Part shown: one piece after another, positions 19,544 to 27,911 of the stretch
How the letters are laid out: every line of letters starts with the position of its first letter
How positions within the stretch are numbered: the first letter of the stretch is position 1
Virus record (IMG/VR): IMGVR_UViG_3300047319_000709
Length of the DNA stretch: 64,000 bases
Direction: 5' to 3' (one strand)
From: an uncultured virus (IMG/VR IMGVR_UViG_3300047319_000709)
Taxonomy: Duplodnaviria > Heunggongvirae > Uroviricota > Caudoviricetes
Made by a program: the position numbers and the translations under genes
The notes under the pieces: model-generated
The model's database searches: none
The model's input: the letters and a program-made list of their open reading frames with translations, nothing else
What the model was told of the DNA's origin: nothing

Positions 19544-19854
19544 TCCGCATAAGCACCCTATTGCAATGGGTATTCATGGCGGCTGCGAGTTGCGGCCTTC
19601 TCTACGGTTGCTTCTTTTCGGACTGGGCGAAACATGACATGGAGAAGCGCGAGGCTCAGGAGCGCGCTGATGCAACGCCGCACATCATCCGAGAGGCGGA
19701 CGGCTGCAAGGTCTACGCGTTCAAGTCAGGAGACTGGCATTACTTCACACGCTGCGACGATGGCACTGTCACGACGGAGCGTAACTACAGCGAGCGCCAT
19801 GGCAAGACAACCGTCCATAAATCTGAAACCATCGTTACCCAAGGGAACAGCTGA
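19540..19854 (+). CDS. membrane-anchored hypothetical protein (DUF4884-like)
   Basis: N-terminal TM; DGCKVY..F...HYFTRC. Confidence 0.55.
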   Translation: MIRISTLLQWVFMAAASCGLLYGCFFSDWAKHDMEKREAQERADATPHIIREADGCKVYAFKSGDWHYFTRCDDGTVTTERNYSERHGKTTVHKSETIVTQGNS

Positions 19855-20191
19855 CATGAGCGCATTCGTTCCAGGCTTGATAGTCGGCTACGCCCTTGGT
19901 GTCGCCTCAATGTGCGGCTTGGTCGGTCTCTACCTCCTCCACCGTCCGCGGTATGTGGCGCCGACGATGCATAACAAGAAGTGGAGGGATGGACCCGTAC
20001 CAGAGGTACCCGCCTCGCCCTCAAAAGATGACGGCGTGAACTACTCGTTCATGGGCGCAACGGGGCTCGAAGAATAATCGCAAAATTGAGGATTGACAGC
20101 GCTTCTAAATAGGACTACGAAGCGTTGTTGATGTACAATATGTTCGCTAACAAGCGTTGTTTTCCACAATATCGTGTGTGCGGGGTTCAAG

Positions 20192-20593
20192 ATGACGCAA
20201 GACCAATCGAACCAGGTTGAAGAACTACTTCTGGACTGGCACAGATATCAGGATATGTATTCGCCTGCGGTTGGCTTCCCCCGCTGCGATCCCACGTGCC
20301 GCGACTACCAGATCCCCGGAAAGCTGACCGACGCAGAACGATCGGCAATGTCGGAAGCGAAAATCTGGAAGCATCGTTCCGAGCAAGTTGATCTTTGTGT
20401 CGACAAACTGCATTGGGAGCAACGCGCGGCGATCCAGGTATCGATGAAAAACAAGCGCTGCGGATTCTCGGTCTGGAGCAACCCGCGAATCAGTCAGGAG
20501 GATTCGCACCGGCATTACCAAGAGGCAAAGACCCTGCTCTACCCGATGTTCGTTTCGCGCGGCTTGATAAAACAAGAATTGCAGGTGGCTTGA
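20192..20593 (+). CDS. Q-like late antiterminator
   Basis: Position at the end of the early right operon; pR'-tR' arrangement downstream; helical sigma4-like C-terminus. Confidence 0.6.
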   Translation: MTQDQSNQVEELLLDWHRYQDMYSPAVGFPRCDPTCRDYQIPGKLTDAERSAMSEAKIWKHRSEQVDLCVDKLHWEQRAAIQVSMKNKRCGFSVWSNPRISQEDSHRHYQEAKTLLYPMFVSRGLIKQELQVA

Positions 20594-21453
20594 TGAATTT
20601 CGATTGCGGCATCTACACAATAACAAGCCCGTCTGGAAAGCAATACATCGGGCAGGCCATGAGCTTCAAGCGCCGTTGGCGCACTCATCTCCGGCTGTTG
20701 AGGAGGGGATGTCATACGTGCAAGGGTTTGCAAAACGCATACAAGAAATACGGTGAGGATGCGCTAGTTTTCTCAAAGATCGCATTTGTGCCTGTCGACC
20801 AATTGGATGCGCGGGAACAGGAGCAGATAGACGCGCGCCCAAGGAAACGGCTTTACAACATTGCGCTGTTTGCGACGGCTCCCATGCGCGGGCGAAAAGT
20901 GAGCGCTGAAACGCGATCGAAAATGTCAGCGTCTCGTCTGGGTAAGACTATGGGTGCGGAATTTCGCGCGAGATGCGCCGCCGCACAGAGGAATCTGCCA
21001 CCGGATGTGATGGCGCGTAAGTCGTCGGCTATATCACTTTCAAAGCTAGGTAAGCCTCGCGATGCTGCGACTATCGAGAAAATGAGGCAGGCGAAAATTG
21101 GGGCTGTGGTGAGAGCCGATGTTAGAGCTAGGATTTCTGCGTCCCTGACCGGTATCGAACGATCTGCCGAGTACCGCGAAAAGATGGCATTAGCAATTGC
21201 GGGCAAGAGCCTCGGTGAGAAGAACTCCGCGTCTATCCCGGTAATTTGCGTCGAGACTGGGGAGAGATTTGCGAATGCGCCAGCGGCGGCAAAATGGTTG
21301 CGCGAGAACGGTAAGCCGAATGCCACGGCAGCGCATATCTGTTCCACCTGCACCGGAAAGCGGGGGTCGGCTTACGGGTATCGCTGGAAATACCCGGATG
21401 TGCCGCAATTCACGGCGCGCGGGCTCATCAAGGTTATGGAGGTAGCGGTATGA
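20593..21453 (+). CDS. free-standing GIY-YIG homing endonuclease with NUMOD repeats
   Basis: CGIYTITSPSGKQYIGQA, RWRTH; repeated ETRSKMS-type NUMOD3; C-terminal NUMOD1-like AYGYRWKY. Confidence 0.9.
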   Translation: MNFDCGIYTITSPSGKQYIGQAMSFKRRWRTHLRLLRRGCHTCKGLQNAYKKYGEDALVFSKIAFVPVDQLDAREQEQIDARPRKRLYNIALFATAPMRGRKVSAETRSKMSASRLGKTMGAEFRARCAAAQRNLPPDVMARKSSAISLSKLGKPRDAATIEKMRQAKIGAVVRADVRARISASLTGIERSAEYREKMALAIAGKSLGEKNSASIPVICVETGERFANAPAAAKWLRENGKPNATAAHICSTCTGKRGSAYGYRWKYPDVPQFTARGLIKVMEVAV

Positions 21454-22178
21454 ATGCATTCGTTCACCATTACGCACGCAATACGTCCGGACGCGACTTT
21501 GCCGTGGGCGACATTCACGGCATGTTCCGCTTGCTGCAAACCGAGTTGGACGGCATTGGCTTCGATCCAGACGTAGATCGCTTGTTCAGTGTTGGCGATC
21601 TGGTCGACCGCGGCCCGGATTCCGAATTGGCGCTTGAGTGGATCGCAAAGCCGTGGTTCCATGCCGTCCAAGGCAATCACGAAGATATGGCGATCCGATA
21701 CGTCACGCCTGGCAACCGCGATCCATACCACTATGCCGCCAACGGAGGCGCATGGCTGATCGGCAAGACGCCGCCCGAACAGCAGGAGTACGCGATCGAG
21801 CTCGCTGCTCTGCCGTACGCTATCGAAGTTGAGACCGCCGACGGTCTCGTTGGGATTGTCCATGCTGATGTCGCCGGTGGATCGTGGGGCGAAATGGTGA
21901 CAAGGTTCGCCGCCGTGACCAGCAACAACAAACTCAAGGCAATCACGCAAGACGTTCTATGGTGCCGCGATCGCATTCAAGCGGAAGACGTTTCGGGCGT
22001 GCCAGATGTCCGCGCGGTAATCGTCGGCCATACACCGCTCAAGCGCCCGGCCGTGCTCGGAAACGTGTATCACATCGATACAGGCGCGGTATTCCGCGAA
22101 GGGTATTTCACACTGATCGATCTCGGGACGCTGGAGACGATTCCGCCCACGCGGAAGAAACTGGAGTGGGCAGAATGA
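21450..22178 (+). CDS. NinI-like Ser/Thr phosphatase (metallophosphoesterase)
   Basis: GDIHG, GDLVDRG, GNHE, GHTP, IDTGA motifs. Confidence 0.92.
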   Translation: MNAFVHHYARNTSGRDFAVGDIHGMFRLLQTELDGIGFDPDVDRLFSVGDLVDRGPDSELALEWIAKPWFHAVQGNHEDMAIRYVTPGNRDPYHYAANGGAWLIGKTPPEQQEYAIELAALPYAIEVETADGLVGIVHADVAGGSWGEMVTRFAAVTSNNKLKAITQDVLWCRDRIQAEDVSGVPDVRAVIVGHTPLKRPAVLGNVYHIDTGAVFREGYFTLIDLGTLETIPPTRKKLEWAE

Positions 22179-22567
22179 CAACGCGCGGCAAGACGATTCA
22201 CGATGCGTTATATCAACTGTTGAGCATGTGGTCCCGCAGCCCTCTGCCAAATGAGACCACCATCCAAGAGATTCTGACCACGGTTTATGAGGCAGGCTAC
22301 GCAGCTACCCCTGACTTCGACGGGGCGCGCTGGCGGCTGCTGGAGAAGGAGCTCGGCAACGTGCGTGCGCAGTTCAACGGCTATCGCGCTGTCGCGCCCA
22401 CGATACCGCGCCCGAGCCCATTGGAGCCGATGCGGGCTTCGTTCAACACCTACCAGGCTACTCAGTGGCGGTTTGAATGCGATTGGGTCGACCTATCAGG
22501 AAGCGCCGATACAATCCCGAAAATAGTCGCACAGATGATCGGGAAAAAGCGTGGCGAGACAGGCTGA
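22175..22567 (+). CDS. hypothetical protein
   Basis: Coupled ORF. Confidence 0.6.
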   Translation: MTTRGKTIHDALYQLLSMWSRSPLPNETTIQEILTTVYEAGYAATPDFDGARWRLLEKELGNVRAQFNGYRAVAPTIPRPSPLEPMRASFNTYQATQWRFECDWVDLSGSADTIPKIVAQMIGKKRGETG

Positions 22568-22586
22568 AAATATTTTTCGCGGGGTG

Positions 22587-22687
22587 TTGTAAACCCGGAT
22601 AATTTCGTGTATCTTGACTTCCGTGGTGCTGAAGAAGCGCCCACAGAATCCATAGCCCGCCAGGTGAAAGCCTCGCGGGCTTTTTCA
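22587..22687 (+). promoter_or_regulatory. late promoter pR' and terminator tR'
   Basis: TTGTAA-17-TATCTT (22587-22615), followed about 40 nt later by AGCCCGC..GCGGGCT-TTTTT. Confidence 0.65.
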
Positions 22688-22701
22688 TTTCCGGCTCCGT
22701 C

Positions 22702-22896
22702 ATGCGCTTCCCCACTCCCCTCGAATCCCGAATGTACGGGAACCCCGAGCGTGTGCTTGAGGAAAAGCAGGCGCAACAGGCCAACGAACAGAAGCGCGCC
22801 GAGAAGCGGAGAACGCTGACAGTTAAGCCCGGCTGGTCGGAGGCGCGCAAGCGAGCCGAAGAACTTTTCGATTTCCCCGCGGCTGCTTCCCGGTAG
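22702..22896 (+). CDS. hypothetical protein
   Basis: First ORF after tR'. Confidence 0.55.
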   Translation: MRFPTPLESRMYGNPERVLEEKQAQQANEQKRAEKRRTLTVKPGWSEARKRAEELFDFPAAASR

Positions 22897-23244
22897 CCCG
22901 TTATCCCGCCGTGGCGCAACGCCGCTCTGCCGGGAGAGTAAGACCCGGAAGAATTCATGACTGAAGCACAGAAAATCATCGACGACATTGAGCAGGCGCT
23001 AGAGCGTCAGCGCAATCTCGATCCTGCGTTGAGGGCCTGGTACATCGCGAAGCTGGACGAATTGAGGGAATTGACCAAATGAATCCAGTGACGGCGTTTT
23101 ACCTGTGGTGGTCGACGATGTTTCTCGGCGCATCCAAGGTATGCGCGGACATTGCCGAACAGATGGAAGGCGACTAGTGACTTGTACGCTTGCCGCAGCG
23201 TGTACGGGAAAATCGTACAGAGGTAAGAAATCGTACGCTTCAAT

Positions 23245-23335
23245 GCATCCTGTCTAGGTTGTCTGTGACCGCACGTGACTAAATGCGCGCTGACGGCGGT
23301 ACGGTAGCCGGTTCGATTCCGGCAGGGATGCGCCA
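23245..23335 (+). tRNA. atypical or degenerate tRNA-like element (anticodon unassignable)
   Basis: GCATCC/GGATGC acceptor plus G-CCA; perfect T-arm GCCGG-TTCGATT-CCGGC; long variable arm; irregular anticodon loop. Confidence 0.55.
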
Positions 23336-23341
23336 GAACAT

Positions 23342-23414
23342 GGGTGGTAGCGCAGGGGGCAGGCAGGATTCCAAATCCTAGCCGGGTGTGGTTCGATTCC
23401 GCCGCTGCCCGCCA
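23342..23414 (+). tRNA. tRNA-Trp(CCA), divergent D-arm
   Basis: AGGA-TTCCAAA-TCCT anticodon arm; GGTTCGATTCC T-loop; GGGTGGT/GCTGCCC acceptor; encoded CCA. Confidence 0.75.
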
Positions 23415-23417
23415 GAG

Positions 23418-23702
23418 TATCCCTTCGGGGCTTGAGTCTGGGTCCGCGAAAGCGCTGACTCAGCGAAATCGACCGGAAGATAGGCCGGATGCACGAACCC
23501 GTAACGTGCGACCTTCATGCATGCCGCCCTTGGTCCGAACGGGCTTGGGTAAAGAGTACGGCGCACAGAACCTTCCCGGAGGGCCGCCGTTAAATCGCAC
23601 GTAGCAGCCTACCAAGGCGGCATACACGAAGGTGAAATTAGCGACGCGCCTGGCGATAGCCACCTGCGGGTCACGCGGTCTGCGACAAAGTAGCTTTCAC
23701 CC
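23418..23702 (+). ncRNA. candidate multi-stem structured RNA directly downstream of the tRNAs
   Basis: UUCG and GAAA tetraloops; long-range helix 23511-23534/23611-23633. Confidence 0.55.
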
Positions 23703-23737
23703 AATTCTCCTCGCTAGTAGCTTCCCCTGGCTACTCT

Positions 23738-23767
23738 GCCCGCGCTGAAAGGCTGCGGGCTTTTTTC
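23738..23767 (+). terminator. rho-independent terminator
   Basis: GCCCGC..GCGGGC-TTTTTT. Confidence 0.75.
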
Positions 23768-23780
23768 TTCTGGATCTCCG

Positions 23781-23996
23781 ATGGCAGCTCGCAAGACAGT
23801 AAAAGTCGTCGCTGAGCGCACGGAGATCTGTAAAGAATGTCGAGCCGTCCATTGCAGCAGGACGGAAGGTATGCGCTGCCGGCGCTACCCGCCAGTGTTC
23901 GTCTATGACCCTGCAACCGGCGTATCGAGCGCTGAGTGGCCCGAAGTCAATCCGGACGACTGGTGCATTGAGTTCAAACCAAAATTGACGTCTTAA
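23781..23996 (+). CDS. small Cys-rich protein
   Basis: CKEC, CRRYPP, WPEV..DDWC.EF pattern. Confidence 0.65.
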   Translation: MAARKTVKVVAERTEICKECRAVHCSRTEGMRCRRYPPVFVYDPATGVSSAEWPEVNPDDWCIEFKPKLTS

Positions 23997-24005
23997 GGGG
24001 AAACC

Positions 24006-25220
24006 GTGGATATTCGCGAGCTAAAGAAGGCTGTCAAAGAGCATGGCAGCGTCCGTGCGGCAGCCCGCGAGCTCGGAATCCCGGAATCCACGCTCCGTGG
24101 CAAGATCAAGGTCCCGCTGTCGGAGAATGAGCGCAAATTTCGCGACGACTGGACCGCAGACGACTGCATCGCCGAACTTCAGCGCATCGCCAAGATCGAC
24201 GAAGACAAGGTAATCAGCCGGAACTACTTCCGTGTGCACTCGGAAATCTCCGAATCCACATGGAATAGGCACTTCGGCACGTTCCACGAGTTCAAGCGCC
24301 AGGCAGGTATCGTCTTGTCGCGCCACGCACACGGGCTCGAGCGGGCGATTGCCAAGCACGCCAGCAAGGACGTGCAGCGCCGCATGAACGTCGAGAAATC
24401 GGGATGGGAAGACGCTTATCTGCGCCCCAGCTCGAAGCGCTTCCAGACAGTTCTCGTCGCGTCGGACATTCACGACATCGAGTGCGATCCTTTCTGGCGC
24501 CGCTGCTTCATCGATACCGCCAAGCGGGTGCAGCCTGAGAAGGTCGTCATCAACGGTGACGCACTGGACCTGCCCGAGTTCGGCAAGTACGGCGTCGACC
24601 CGCGCGAATGGGATGTGATCGGCCGCATCAAGTGGCTGCACGCGTTCCTGAACGACATTCGTGTCGCCTGCCCTGACACCGAGATCGTCTACATTGAGGG
24701 CAACCACGAAGCGCGCCTCATTCGCCACCTCGGCGAAGCGACGCCCGCGCTCAAGGTTGTCCTGTCTGATCTGCACGGCTTCACGGTGCCGAGGCTGCTG
24801 GGCCTCGAAGCCTACCAGGTGAATTACATCGCCCGGATGGATCTTGCTGCGTTCAGCGAGCGCGACATGAAGCAGGAGTTGGCGAAGAACTATCACGTCA
24901 TGTACGACTGCCTGATGGCGCATCACTTCCCGGAAGGCCGGAACATGGGCGTGCCGGGATTCAATGGTCACCATCATAAACACATCGTCTGGCCGTTCTA
25001 CTCGCCGCAGTTCGGATCGAGCGAATGGCACCAGCTTGGTTGCGGGCATGCTCGCGCGGCGACGTACTGTGCCGGCGAGAAGTGGGCGCTTGGCTTCATG
25101 CTGTGCCACGTCGACACGCAGAAGAAACACACGCAGTTTGAATACATTGAGTTGCGCGACCACGCCATGATCGGCGGACGGTTTTATGAGCGCAGTGCGG
25201 CTGAGGCGATGGGATCATGA
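24006..25220 (+). CDS. HTH-fused calcineurin-like metallophosphoesterase
   Basis: N-terminal SVRAAARELGIPESTLR HTH; SDIH, NGDALD, GNHE, GHHH metal ligands. Confidence 0.8.
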   Translation: MDIRELKKAVKEHGSVRAAARELGIPESTLRGKIKVPLSENERKFRDDWTADDCIAELQRIAKIDEDKVISRNYFRVHSEISESTWNRHFGTFHEFKRQAGIVLSRHAHGLERAIAKHASKDVQRRMNVEKSGWEDAYLRPSSKRFQTVLVASDIHDIECDPFWRRCFIDTAKRVQPEKVVINGDALDLPEFGKYGVDPREWDVIGRIKWLHAFLNDIRVACPDTEIVYIEGNHEARLIRHLGEATPALKVVLSDLHGFTVPRLLGLEAYQVNYIARMDLAAFSERDMKQELAKNYHVMYDCLMAHHFPEGRNMGVPGFNGHHHKHIVWPFYSPQFGSSEWHQLGCGHARAATYCAGEKWALGFMLCHVDTQKKHTQFEYIELRDHAMIGGRFYERSAAEAMGS

Positions 25221-25513
25221 GCGAAGGCACAAAGACACTCGACGTCGGCTCCCTTGCGCAACGCGTCGCTGAACTTGAGCGCATCGTCGCCATCCTGACC
25301 AAGGAGCGCGATGCACGTCAGCCATTCGGTCCGATCCCTTCGCAACCGACGATCGCACCACAATACCCGTTCATCCCGGTAATGCCGGCGGTTAGCGCCA
25401 ATCCTCGCTGCGGCAAATGCAACATCGAGTTGGCTCCAATCATGGGGTATTGCTGCCCACACACGGACTGCCCCTGCGGACTCGGTGGGTTTTCGTGCAC
25501 TACTGCCGCTTGA
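25217..25513 (+). CDS. Cys-rich hypothetical protein
   Basis: Coiled-coil N-terminus; CGKC..CCPHTDCPC. Confidence 0.6.
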   Translation: MSEGTKTLDVGSLAQRVAELERIVAILTKERDARQPFGPIPSQPTIAPQYPFIPVMPAVSANPRCGKCNIELAPIMGYCCPHTDCPCGLGGFSCTTAA

Positions 25514-25591
25514 ACCCGGCCGCCTAACTTATACCTCGCCACCAGATCGCGGGGTATAGCCGAGAGATCGGCATCAACTTCTGAGTAGACG

Positions 25592-25945
25592 ATGACCTAC
25601 CCGAATGACCAAGGAAATCCCGCAGGGGCAATTCCCGTCTACATCACTTCTGGCTCTGGAAGTAGTGGCGGCGTAGCGGGCCCATCGAAAGCCGGTGTCA
25701 GTTCATCGAACAGCGTTGGCACGACCTCGGCACCGCTCATTGCGGCCGGCACATATAAAGGTTGGGTAACGGTGCAAAACACCCACGCCAGCCAGATCCT
25801 GTATGTCTCCTTTGGCGCGACCGCCACGACTTCGGATTTTGCCATCGCTCCAGGTGCTGCTCTGTCGCTGCCGTTCGGGCCGACGAATGCTCTAAATGGT
25901 ATCGGCTCGGCGGCCGGCACCACTTTCGCCGTTGTGGGGTATTGA
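25592..25945 (+). CDS. small beta-rich putative virion protein
   Basis: Gly/Ser/Thr-rich; TVQN....LYVSFG..AT pattern. Confidence 0.6.
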   Translation: MTYPNDQGNPAGAIPVYITSGSGSSGGVAGPSKAGVSSSNSVGTTSAPLIAAGTYKGWVTVQNTHASQILYVSFGATATTSDFAIAPGAALSLPFGPTNALNGIGSAAGTTFAVVGY

Positions 25946-26662
25946 ATGCGCAAGTTCGCACTCATTCTTTTGTTGCTGCCTGCGTTGGCACACGCGCAGT
26001 ACTTCGGCGGTTATCTGTCCAAGTCGGGCGGCACAATAGCCGGTACTCTGGGCGTGACAGGCAATGTCAACGTTCAGGGAAGCCTCAACTCCACGAACAA
26101 CACCCAGGCTGCGGGCCCGACCAACTCTGGCGTCGCTCTGGGCGGCGGACCTAACTTCGCTAGCGCGACCTTCTTCGACCAGACGCTGACGGCGAACAAT
26201 CGCACGTCCGACGCAGTATTTATCACCGGCTGTATGCGGTTCCGGTTCAAGAATGACGCCGGAGATACTGCTCTTCCCTGGATGTCGGCATGTGGAGGCC
26301 AAGCTGGCGGCATCACGGCTATCACGTCCAACAGCGGCACGGGAAGCTGGACTCATACCGGCAACATGGCTGTATCGGGCGCGCTGGTAGCAGGTAGCGG
26401 CACGCTGAACGTTTATTCAGCCAACGGCACTGCGGTTACAACGCCACACATAGTGACCGGCACCGTGACTCTCGCGTCCGGAACGGGAACAGCGACCTTT
26501 ACCGGCAACGCTATATTTAGCAACACGACTTCCTACGTGTGCACGGCGACGAACACATCTACGAATAGCGCGGTGCGTGCCACAAATGCTTCGGCATCGT
26601 CCGTGACGTTCAACTCCGGCGCCACTACTGACGTCATCGCGTATCAGTGTGTAGGAAATTGA
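25946..26662 (+). CDS. fibre-like protein with Sec signal peptide
   Basis: MRKFALILLLLPALAHA/Q; LSKSGGTIAG fibre motif; Thr/Gly/Asn-rich. Confidence 0.7.
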   Translation: MRKFALILLLLPALAHAQYFGGYLSKSGGTIAGTLGVTGNVNVQGSLNSTNNTQAAGPTNSGVALGGGPNFASATFFDQTLTANNRTSDAVFITGCMRFRFKNDAGDTALPWMSACGGQAGGITAITSNSGTGSWTHTGNMAVSGALVAGSGTLNVYSANGTAVTTPHIVTGTVTLASGTGTATFTGNAIFSNTTSYVCTATNTSTNSAVRATNASASSVTFNSGATTDVIAYQCVGN

Positions 26663-26725
26663 TCCGAACCACGAAGCGCTCCGAATGAGTGGATCTTCGA
26701 AAGCGCCACGAGCGGATAAAAACGA

Positions 26726-27382
26726 ATGGCACGCAAGAAGGCGGATCCCGAGATAAAAGCTTTCGCTGAGCGCCCTCGGCCTCCCGCATCGCTGTTCGAC
26801 GCAGGCAACTGGTTCAGGCGCTTCATGCCCGCCGAAGGTGTGGCCGAATGGGTATCCAGGACGCTGCACAGCGAGCATTCTCCGCTCTACAACGCCGATC
26901 ACCAGCACCTCAGAGATGCGGACGTAGAGTTCCTCTGGGCTGCGCAAGAGAACAGCCGGCAGATGCGCCGCGTGGTGGGCCAGTGCGAAGAAGTGACGTT
27001 TCGCTGTGGCGCCTGGCAGAAAGGCAGGCAAGAGCAACAGATGCACGAATGGTTCGGGCGAGTCCCGACCTACCTCATCACGCTTGATGCTATGTACGCC
27101 AACGAGTGCTCCGACGTAGAGTGGTGCGCGCTGATAGAACACGAGCTCTATCACATAGCGCAGAAGGTCGATGAGTTCGGTGCGCCAGCATTCACCAAGG
27201 ACGGCTTGCCAAAGCTAGGTATCCGATCGCACGACGTGGAAGAGTTCGTCGGGATTGTCCGCCGCTACGGCATAGGAGCGGGCGAAACGGCCAAGCTGAT
27301 CGAGGCATCGCGCCGCGCTCCCGAAGTCGGCCACCTCAACATCGCGCAGGCTTGCGGCACATGCATGCTCCGGGCGGCGTAA
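26726..27382 (+). CDS. putative phage metallopeptidase
   Basis: LIEHELYHI zincin motif; HDVEEF; located upstream of the terminase genes. Confidence 0.8.
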   Translation: MARKKADPEIKAFAERPRPPASLFDAGNWFRRFMPAEGVAEWVSRTLHSEHSPLYNADHQHLRDADVEFLWAAQENSRQMRRVVGQCEEVTFRCGAWQKGRQEQQMHEWFGRVPTYLITLDAMYANECSDVEWCALIEHELYHIAQKVDEFGAPAFTKDGLPKLGIRSHDVEEFVGIVRRYGIGAGETAKLIEASRRAPEVGHLNIAQACGTCMLRAA

Positions 27383-27413
27383 ATATTACCCGCGCATTAC
27401 AGAGAATTGAAAA

Positions 27414-27911
27414 ATGGCAGCGCTCACAGATGACGTGAAAGCGTTCGTCGTGCAAGCGCTGGCGTGCTTTGACACTCCTACGCAGGTAGCGAACGCGGTA
27501 AAGGAAGAGTTCGGGTTAGAAATTACCCGGATGCAGGTGTCGACTTACGACCCGACGAAGTTCATGGGGCGCAACCTCAGCAAGAAGTGGCGCGAAATTT
27601 TCGAGGCGACTCGGAAGGCGTTTCTTGAGGATCAGGCTTCTATCCCGATTGCTAATCAGAACTTCCGGCTGCGCGCGCTCAACAACCTTTATCAGAACGC
27701 CGCAACTCGCGGCAATGCCGCCCTCGCCGCTCAATTGCTCGAGCAGGCGGCGAAGGAATCGGGCGGCTCATTTACAAATCGTCGAGAGATGACTGGCAAG
27801 GATGGCGCCCCACTGATCCCAACAAAGAGCGCCCAGGAAATGACGGATGACGAACTCGCCGCCTACATTGGAGCAAGCGGCGCAAGAACTTTGGATACGC
27901 CGCAGGGCTAG
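27414..27911 (+). CDS. terminase small subunit (DUF2280-like)
   Basis: MAAL..VKAFVVQALACFDTP; EMTGKDG; directly upstream of the large subunit. Confidence 0.8.
   Translation: MAALTDDVKAFVVQALACFDTPTQVANAVKEEFGLEITRMQVSTYDPTKFMGRNLSKKWREIFEATRKAFLEDQASIPIANQNFRLRALNNLYQNAATRGNAALAAQLLEQAAKESGGSFTNRREMTGKDGAPLIPTKSAQEMTDDELAAYIGASGARTLDTPQG

Noticed and set aside
20593..21453. Group I intron around the GIY-YIG gene
   Set aside because: The ORF overlaps its neighbours at both ends, leaving no room for a ribozyme core
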